Origin: Trichoplax adhaerens
Lineage: Eukaryota; Animalia; Placozoa
Direction: 5' to 3'
Assembly: GCF_000150275.1 (NCBI RefSeq)
Contig: NW_002060962.1
Location: forward strand, 186,001-250,000
DNA length: 64,000 nt
Within the stretch, counting starts at the first letter, position 1; each line of letters starts with the position of its first letter. Both the position numbers and the translations under genes were made by a program. Positions 54,809 through 64,000 of this stretch are shown in pieces. The notes under the pieces are model-generated. The model was not told where the DNA came from, searched no databases, and saw only the letters and a program-made list of their open reading frames with translations.

Positions 54809-55124
54809 TAATGAATTGATCGTTAACACAATCTACGAGCTAATAATTGTAGGCCTAAATTAAACGTACGAGAAATTACAAAAGGCATCTGCTGGTAGAG
54901 CACCCTTGGTGATACAGTAGTTCTAGAGATATAACGAACGACAAAATAACTACTAATCTATCTAATGAATTGATCGTTAACACAATCTACGAGCTAATAA
55001 TTGTAGGCCTAAATTTAATGTACGAGAAATCACAAAAGGGATCTGCTGGTAGAGCACCCTTGGTGATACAGTAGTTCTAGAGATATAACGAACGACAAAA
55101 TAACTACTAATCTATCCAATGAAT
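54809..55124. repeat. 154-bp near-identical tandem duplication
   Basis: TAATGAATTGATCGTTAACACAATCTACGAGC... starts at 54809 and 54963. Confidence 0.93.
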
Positions 55125-56014
55125 TATTAGACTCCTTTAAACTATTCAAGCAACATAATTTGTATTGGCTTTCATAACATGATGCAAAGCACTGCGCTAT
55201 AGTTTACACGACAGTACTGAATCATATATAAGCAGCAACAACAGAACTAGTACAGTGGGCAAGCTAAACATGCAATTATCGCTTAATTAGAGTCTAATGC
55301 TTATTGCCAATGTTGCATCGTAGACGTGCTGTAATTCTTGATAACTCTACTAAACTAGCTATCGTACATAATCTTCTACACAGTATTTTCAGATTTAATA
55401 CTCGTCTATTTCATCATTAAACACATTGTCTTGGTATTACATAATCCTTATCATGGCGTACGCTGATGTTTATATAGCTATTTAGCACAGTATAAACTAC
55501 AAACATACGTTACGAGTATTCGTATATGGATTCCTAGAAATATACTAAAACTAATTTTAGGTGAAAATTAGCCAAAAACAGTTAGATTAAATCTCTAGAG
55601 TCAAATTTAAATGCAAACATACTCGTATATAAATCATATTTCAACTAGTCAGTAAGTTAACTTAACAACTTCAAAAATATTCCCATGTAGTTGCCGTATC
55701 ATTTAATAACCAGGCTATAGTTACTACAAGATCACGGTAGCTATAGTTACTACTATCGATACTACACTATCTATCATTTAGATTGGGTAACAATGGTAGG
55801 GCATAATTAGTACAACCAGTTAATGTTCTTATGTACTGTAATATGGTACATTTATTGCAACAGCTACTAACGACTTTGATTTTGCTTACATTAATTTCTC
55901 TTATTATACTGTAGATGTATAGAATAATTAAGTAACGCTTGCCTTTTAAGAATATGGCGATTTCCACATCATATAGTTTTAAAATTATGATTGGTGTACA
56001 TTAGTCATTGTAGA

Positions 56015-56960
56015 TATTAGCCCTTTCGTACTGTAGGTATCTTCTAACTCGCTCATTAATTGCTGTCTTTTATCCTTTAGTAGGAATGAAAAAGAAACTG
56101 TACTAAAGACTAACCATACATACAGATATAACAATAATTTCTCATCTTTTCAAAGGTATTAAAATAAAGGTTATTTTCTAAAATTTAGAGAATGTGACTG
56201 ATGCTTAAATAAAAGGCAAACGGTACGAATTGTGTAAACTCAGAAGTCAATCTTTGAAAAACTTTCCGGTTAATGTTTCCCAATAATCCGCAATTCTTTA
56301 ACGATAGGATATTTACTAATTGTAACGAATTTATTAATTACTTATTATGCATTCTTAGACTCAACCGATAGAAATAACACTGCTTCAAGTAATAAGCCAT
56401 CGCAAGATGTTATTAGTAGTACTTGCAGATTATGAATACTTTACCTCTATATTGGTAGTAATTCAATGTAATCCGCCTTTATATAGCCTTACAAGTGAAT
56501 AACGGAACTAACGATAAACTGGTAAATATTTTCAGTTATTTAAGATTCTCTTGCGTAAACTGTAGTATGAATCCCAAATCTTTTTTGGTCTCCTTTAATA
56601 TTACGAAAATGCCGCATTTATAGCAAGAATCAAACATAACCAATTTCATAATAATATTGTTAGAAGACTTACCCGAAAAAGCTACAAATTTTATCACCAG
56701 GTTTAACAGCATGTTCTCGTTCATACCCTTTCGTATTAATAAACACAGCTCCCTTTCCACGATGCTTTTTACATGATTTAAAAATTTCAGGAGCTAAACA
56801 TGTAGCGATTAACTTAACTAGGTGTTATCAGTCTAAGATCTTTTAACGCTAGGGCAATGGCAGTAGTACTTAAAAACTTTCAATGAGCTACAGTAATAAA
56901 ATTGAAGATACCAATCAAGTATTATAACGTAATATAAGCTACAAGTATTATTTATTTGCC
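56015..56960 (-). pseudogene. Decayed adenosine deaminase pseudogene fragment derived from ADA-A
   Basis: 56340-56960 aligns by eye with ADA-A 37320-37910, including intron sequence. One exon remnant reads RFGIHTTVYARES*ITENIYQ versus RYGIHRTVHAGEAGTAENIRQ, with a frameshift, a stop and His to Tyr. 56015-56110 is a last-exon remnant (SFLLKDKRQQLMSELEDTY versus SFLPEEEKQQLINDLEEIY). Confidence 0.85.
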
Positions 56961-59007
56961 ATATATATAAAATATGCGCATACTGCATAACATTCATAAA
57001 TTAGATACCAGTCTGATGTCCTATCACTGTAAAGACGAGTCCTGCTATTCTGCAAAGTCGACAACTGTCTCTTCCTGCTTTAATAGCGTCTACCTACTTA
57101 GACCTTATCTAGACTGAAGTGTCATGGCAATTCGTTGACTGCTCATGATATATGACATTTTTGATCATATTGCTTGAGATTAGTACTTAATGGTTTTGAA
57201 ATGTTGTGGATCGTTTTTCGACGATCATCAATTCATAAACTAATCCCTGTGAAAATGTAACATTTATGTTATGTAGCAATAATTTGTTCAGCCTCTATTA
57301 CTCTCCAGGTTCGATGACCGATAATAACCACAATTTAGAGCTTGCCATGTTTTATCCAGGTTTTTCTGGTAATTTATAAAGCAGTAGATAACGTACTTGG
57401 AGGAGATAGACTCTTTAGTTTTTCCATGGATCAATCTAACCTCTTAAAATAGTATAAAGAAGCAATTAATTTGCTTATAAAAGCAAAATCAATGGCACAA
57501 GGCATTTTTGCGATTTATCTCCCCTTTGCAGAATTGATTTCATAATTCCTAATGTAAATTAAGCCTTTCGAACTCTATTTGTGATGACAAATTTTCAGCT
57601 TACGGAATTTAGTTTGGAATTGGTTTAGAACCAATACAGCCACTTTTAGCGTAGCTATAACCTTTTAATTGGGTTATATGAAAAAAGAAAATATACTCAA
57701 TTTAACCTCGTTAGCGCCGATACTGGCACGGCATATGTTGATCAATATCATAGACTATTAATGCAGTATTCCATGATATTTTGCTATTTAAGTAATCCTT
57801 GCAAATAAAGTACCCCTAGCGGCAACTCATGCTGATTATGGTTGTAATGTTTCTTAAGACACACTTAGAAGATCAGTAAATAGGATCGCAGTCATATAGC
57901 TCCGATTGCCTTCTTGTTGTACGTCCTTAGTCTTTTACCATTAGTAGTCCCTCTACTAACCACAAACTAGGTGTACAATAATTTAATCGTTGCGTCTAAT
58001 CTAATAAGCAGTAAAGAAACACTGCTCTGCGTGCAGCCAAGACTCCAGTCGATTTTGAAGGAAGTAACGAATCAATCGACTGACTGCAGTAAATACCAGA
58101 ATGAATTCTCTCCATGCAGCAAAGTCTCCGGCTGATTTTAAAGGATTAATCAATCATTCTATTCAATGCAATCAATAACAGTATTCATTTTTAGTGGTTG
58201 CTTATATGGATCTAATGAAAAGGCTGGAGACACATTTACAGCGTCTTTGTAGCATGATCCATCCGTATTTTGGATACAACAGCTATAATCAAGTACTAAG
58301 TCAACATTGAAAATGGAATGTTGCTCACTTTCCTTTATTAATAATACGGTACAAGCAAACGCACTTTAGTTAGATACTCACGATAAAACAGCACGGAACT
58401 GAGAACATGCAGAGAGAGAGAGCTCTAAAAGAAAAGAATCCACCGAGCTGTGGTGGTAGTATGGAGGTCGTACGAGAAAACTACACGGAGATGAAAGAAA
58501 AAGCAGGTATGGGAAAAGCCTACTGCTTCATAAGGAACGAGCATCGATCTCAAGTAAGATATTCTACAAAAATTATCAAACACCCTACAGCTGCTCCTGA
58601 TCCTTAGCGTACTTATTGACTAAGTCGAACATTTTTGAAAGTCGATTTGGCACTGAATAGGATAAAGGTACGCCCAACTATCACCAGTAGGATGTTGCAC
58701 TAGTCATATTTACGGGATATTTATTTTATTTTTTTTCTTTATGTAAGTATTGAAAACTCTTCCATAGGCAAAGTATACTGTACTACCACCAGAAAATTGG
58801 CCATCCACTGAATATAACAACAGTGCAAGTCCGCCAAGGGAACGTCTGCTAGTAAGGAATAATATGGCGCTAAAGCCGCTTTATTCTTAATTGCTATTCT
58901 ACTATAATGTAGTACAAAGACGGCCGCGGTACTATTAGCATGTCCATACTACATCCACACCCACCATCTATTTTTACATTATTGATCTATTCCTGGATTT
59001 CGAGGAC

Positions 59008-62000
59008 ATGCGTCCTACGCTTTCCTTAACCCAAAAGGTAAAATCTCCAGTTGCTGTCTCGCATTGCTGCCTTTGAAAGCCCGCAGTTATCTGGAGCATC
59101 GTAGGCTAGCTAAAATCTCATCATCAATCCAAATTGATTGCAACCAAGGACCAATTTACCCATCTTTATGGCTGTCAATATTACAAATACTTTAAAATGC
59201 AAGGTGATCAACTCCAATCTATTGATGACTCATATGGTATTTGCTGTCCACCATTTTGTTTATAAATTGTTTGTTAATCAATCTGAAATCATGCTTTAAA
59301 ACAATCATCAATGCTCATTAAAGACAAGGCTTTCAAAACTGTATGATCTCAATTCCTTACTAGTAATAAGTGAGAAGAATATCTCTACCAGTTTTATATC
59401 GATGGAATGACAACCCATGATTGATATCTGCCTAAAAAAATAAATGAATAATAGTGTCATACCTGCTTAGTGATCGCTTCCATCTTATTTATTTGCTCTT
59501 ATTTCTCTACAACCACGCTATCAAAATGCTTGCATTATCGACAACAGTAGCAATATTCACTTGGAATAGAGTCATGGATTGCTAAATTTGTTTGCCTAAC
59601 CTATACAGTAGTGTAGTAACTTCTTAAAGCTATTGAACCATCTCTTCCAGCAAGTACGTAGAACCTATTGAAAAAAAAATAGAATAGCCTTCCATCGTTG
59701 ATTTACAATCAGCATGAAATGGAGATTCAGTGCTTTTCACATTCCATCATCTCTCTTCACGTAGTACGAGAATGATACTGTACAAGATAGTTGATATTAT
59801 ACTTTATAGATCAATATCTTACACACTTTGCACGTTACACTTATGTTCTCTGATTAAGAAATTAAATAATCAACCTTTCAATAGAGACGTGAAGTAAGTT
59901 TATCGATTCGATTTGAAAGCCTCAATGAAACGACGGCGTTACAGCAAAATAAATAATATCTATCGTTTCACTAAGACGGTCTAAAGTTATGATAAAGTAC
60001 CTACTACCTATTGTAGTAAATCTGATCAATTGCACGAGCTAGTTCGACTCAGCAATTCCATCCTGTTTACTATACTACATGTACTATTAGAGTTATATAC
60101 TCTACACTTTATAAAGCTGCTTACTGAATTTTGTTCCATTATCCTCGTTGCACTTAATAATTCATGAATCTCCAAGTACTCTACAATAGACCTATACAAC
60201 AGTATAGACCAACTATTAGCATATCTGCTCTCAATAGGCTGTACTTATAGTAGAATAAAATAAAAGTAACATAACTACCCCATTAGAAGCTTAATCGTAG
60301 TCTGTGTGACCGATCGTATTAAGATCGATTAAGATTGATCAAAGGATTGGTAATTAACTTTAATCTATGCAATATCAGCAACAGCCGGTGCTGATTCTTT
60401 TACCGACTTGAGTACTTTCAGTATTATTATTTTCCATGAAACTTATACATATATATATATATATCATCCTTGGACTAGGTTGAACTACATACTCACTTCG
60501 ATGGCGCTCTCCGTGCAGAAACAGTTGTAGATCTAGCCAGGTATGGAAGGATAGGCCTTCAACTAAAAACCATAAATAGAGAATAGCTTTATACTAGTGA
60601 TAGTACGCGTATAGGATACTGTATGTGATAAACTGCGATCAAAGTAGAAGAGAAATTTATATCGCTGTTCAGATTTCAATCAAGCTTGATGTTGTAATAT
60701 CTTTAGAATTTGAACTATTCACTTTTCATGCAGCCATGAGCGAGTAGGAATTGTGCTGCAAACTTAATACATAACCGAAATAGATGAAATACAAGTAGAA
60801 CTGCAATAGAGTACAGCTTGAGCTACTATACTGTACTGTGCCCTATATACAGTATCGTGTGATAGATGTCATATATGCCTTAACAAGCCCGTTCATCATG
60901 TAAAATGCGCTGTTTATTTTCGCCGATTTATTCGGTCATTCTCCTTGAATAATTGAATTGATATTTAATTTAAATAGAACCAAAGGTATCGAATTGCCTG
61001 TCGATAATGCTGAACAATTGAAGGAATATGTATCCTGTGCCAATAAAGAAGTAAAGTCTTTAACAGTATTTTTAGAGGCATTTGGTATATTCAATTCGGT
61101 TATCAGGTACAGTAATGCTCTTTTTAAACAGTAAACAGTCATGACCCTTAATGACAAAGCTTACTCCTTTAAACATAAGTGATATCTCACAGCGATAACA
61201 CTACCAAAATGAATAACTGTTTGTTAATGGTAATAATTTAATGCCTGTTCTATCCCCAACTCTTCTTCGCGCTATTTATTCCATACGAGTACGCAATATT
61301 GATATGTATTCTACCTTATCTCGTAATTTTAAATCCCAATTAGAAATTAGCCGATCTACTTTAATCCAATTCTACTTTCATCTAACAGACCTATGCAATA
61401 TTGATTGAATTCAATGTTATGGTTAGAACGTACACTTTTAACGTCTGTAGAATGTAACAGCTAACCAACACATTATTAGCTCATAATGTCTGCATATATT
61501 TGAAATTTAGAGGTGATCGGGATGCCCTACGACGCTGTGCTCTTGAATTCTGCGAAGATCAAGCAAATTATGGTGTTTTGTACTCTGAGGTACGCTATTG
61601 CCCTCAGTTTATGTGTGGTCAAAAACCAAACGTGGAAGGAGATTCAGAGCAATACTCATTAACAAGTGATGAAGTAGTTCAGATTTTATTAGATGCTTTT
61701 GCCGAAGGATCCCAACGCTACGGTATTAAAGTTAGGAGTATTCTCTGTCTCGTTCGACCGTTTCCAGGTATCACTATAATATATGGAGAATGTTAATCTT
61801 GTATTATGAGTCATCCTTAATGAAATATATATGATAATGAATGTGAGGCTAAATACTTTGCTACCCTCACCATGTTTACTTGCAATTCTAAAACTACTTA
61901 TTAGGAATTAAATAAAGTCAATCTATTCCAATATAAGTAGAAGATAATGACATCGTATAATCTTAATTTAATGATTTGACATTTAAAGTGATCAAAAATA

Positions 62001-63243
62001 TCTATACAGTCTTGATAATACGTTTTACTTCACAATTTACCCTTCAGAGTGGGCAGCAGAAACGGTTGCTCTTTGTAAAAAATATTATGGTAAGGGTGTT
62101 GTTGGGATTGATGTTGCTGGAGATGAAACGCTTTACCCGATTGTGGCTAATGATGAATTTGTCAAAGCATTTCAAGTAAGCTACCAAGATCAGAATTTAT
62201 TTTCACGTACGTGTATCGATACTAAGATTGTGTGAACCAGGATTATAACTATTTTACCCTCGATTATACAATTAAAGGAAGCCAAGAAATTCGGTATTCA
62301 CAGAACTGCACATGCTGGGGAAGCGGGACCAGCTCAGAACATACGAGAGGTATAGAATGTATTATTACTATGCTGAAGACTTTGACAATATTGATTAGAT
62401 AATAGATTACTTAGTTCAAACTAAAAAATCCTCCAGGTTTTGGCTAAACTAAACAACTTGTCACAGGATATTTATGTTCGTACTCGATAATTTGTTTCTC
62501 TACCTATTCATTAACACTTATAGTCCTTGGATTGGTTAAGTGCTGAGAGAATAGGCCATGGTTATCACTTGGTACAAGATGAAGAACTGTATAATGTGAT
62601 CAAAAAGGAGAAAATTCATCTTGAGGTTGTAATTTAATTCTTGAAAAACAGTCAAATTGTATGTTATCCTTATATTTGGAATTGTAATTTTACTCTGTAT
62701 TCCACAGCTGTGTCCTACTTCAAGCATCCTTACCGGATCTGTGCCAAGTTTTAAGAATCATCCAGGGAAACGGTTCGACAGTGTTATTAGCTTATAAAAG
62801 TTGAAGTTATTATAAGATTTTATAGAATATTGCAATCATTGTGTTCATTTAAATTTTTACGTCTTTCAGGTTTATTAATGATGGATTCAATTTCTCTATA
62901 AATTCCGACGACTCTTTATGTATTAATTCAACAGTTGCTGACGAGTATAACTTAGTTTATAATGAATGGGGCTACGACTTCCCTGTACTAACAAGAGCGG
63001 TAATTAATTTTTCCACAATAATCGTTACATATAATAAGTATAATAAGACAGTAGGCGAAGATTTTGTCATTAATCTATTACTTACATATTAAAACAGTTC
63101 ATGCCTTGGCATTCTAGTTATTATCAATCTTACCTGTCTGCTATTTTTTACAGGCGTTCAATGCAGCCCGCTCATCGTTCCTACCAGAGGAAGAGAAGAG
63201 GCAATTAATTGAAGACTTAGAGACAGTATACGGAATGCGATAG
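59008..63243 (+). CDS. ADA: Adenosine deaminase paralog C, ~10 exons
   Basis: The probable first exon is MRPTLSLTQK| (59008-59037, less certain). It is followed by VELHTHFDGALRAET, YSEVRYCP, GIDVAGDE, RTAHAGE, RIGHGY, CPTSS, INSDD and FNAARSSFLPEEEK...YGMR* (TAG 63241-63243). Confidence 0.94.
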
Positions 63244-64000
63244 TGTGATGGCTACTGCTGCCCTTCTATTTCTAGAGAAAATCTCTGTTGCTAAATTTTA
63301 GTGATAAAAGTTTATTTCAGCAAGATTTAAACGTCTAGAACCACGTATTTGCTTTTTAATTCTAGTCTGCACAATATCGCTGATACAGATTTATTACTAA
63401 AATAAAAATGTACCAATCTTAAAAATAACATAATGGGAATTATGATTACATTCACAGTTATGCCTACTATGTACGGTATATACTGTATGCCTATATAACA
63501 ATCTTTACATTGTGCGTAATTACTCTCTAAGTTACATGTACGTTTGTAATTTGGTCTTAGTTGCTTTGTGAACTTCACATTACGATATTATAAAGATCCT
63601 AATACGATACTGTATCTAGCCTTTACTATGGTCACCGTCCCAGATAGCCCATCTTCCGTCTTCATCAAAATTTAGAACGTGCCTATACGCACGTCAAGTA
63701 CGTAAAGTGTTATTGCGGAATTCGGAGCAGCATTGCTACATAACTGCTGTAAAGCTATTACTGTAAGCAATACTGAGTACTGTAATTGCTAAGGAAGTTA
63801 TAACTACTATACCGTACATAGAAAACGCCCGTAAAGCTTGATTACTTGCATTAATGTAAGCTAGTAGCGAAACTCTCATCTATCGTAATTGCATTTTATA
63901 TTTATTACAATTGAGCGTATTTTTATACGCCCTTCAATAACATTTTATACAGCATAAAGCAATCGTCCCAAAGACTGTATGTTTCCAAAATTTGTTCAAT

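Overview
This is AT-rich, intron-dense animal genomic DNA. The compact genes, short introns and pervasive TACTG/CAGTA pentamers suggest a placozoan (Trichoplax-like), which is an inference and not a database match. Gene order, reconstructed by splicing exons by eye: 3' end of TTC39C-like (+); MRNIP (-); peroxisomal acyl-CoA oxidase ending in SKL (+); a candidate RNA polymerase III ncRNA resembling vault RNA (-); Ku80/XRCC5 (+); a predicted mitochondrial tandem acyl-ACP-thioesterase-like (hot-dog fold) protein (-); about 5.5 kb of repeat-rich or decayed sequence; a ~90-100 bp minisatellite array interrupted by an N gap; EF1A copy 1 (+); ADA-A (-); AP5S1 (+); ADA-B (-); EF1A copy 2 (+); a decayed ADA pseudogene (-); ADA-C (+). 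The most interesting signal is a ~143-nt structured RNA gene at 12269-12417 (-). It has a PSE-like element, a TATA box, a CRE, a T6 terminator, and the panhandle and A-box sequence pattern of vault RNAs. Other highlights are a likely U12-type intron after an 18-nt micro-exon in Ku80, an EF1A-ADA cassette duplication, active-site divergence among three ADA paralogs, a MITE, a 260-bp foldback hairpin and a structured intronic element. There is no CRISPR array, and no tRNA or rRNA was recognised.
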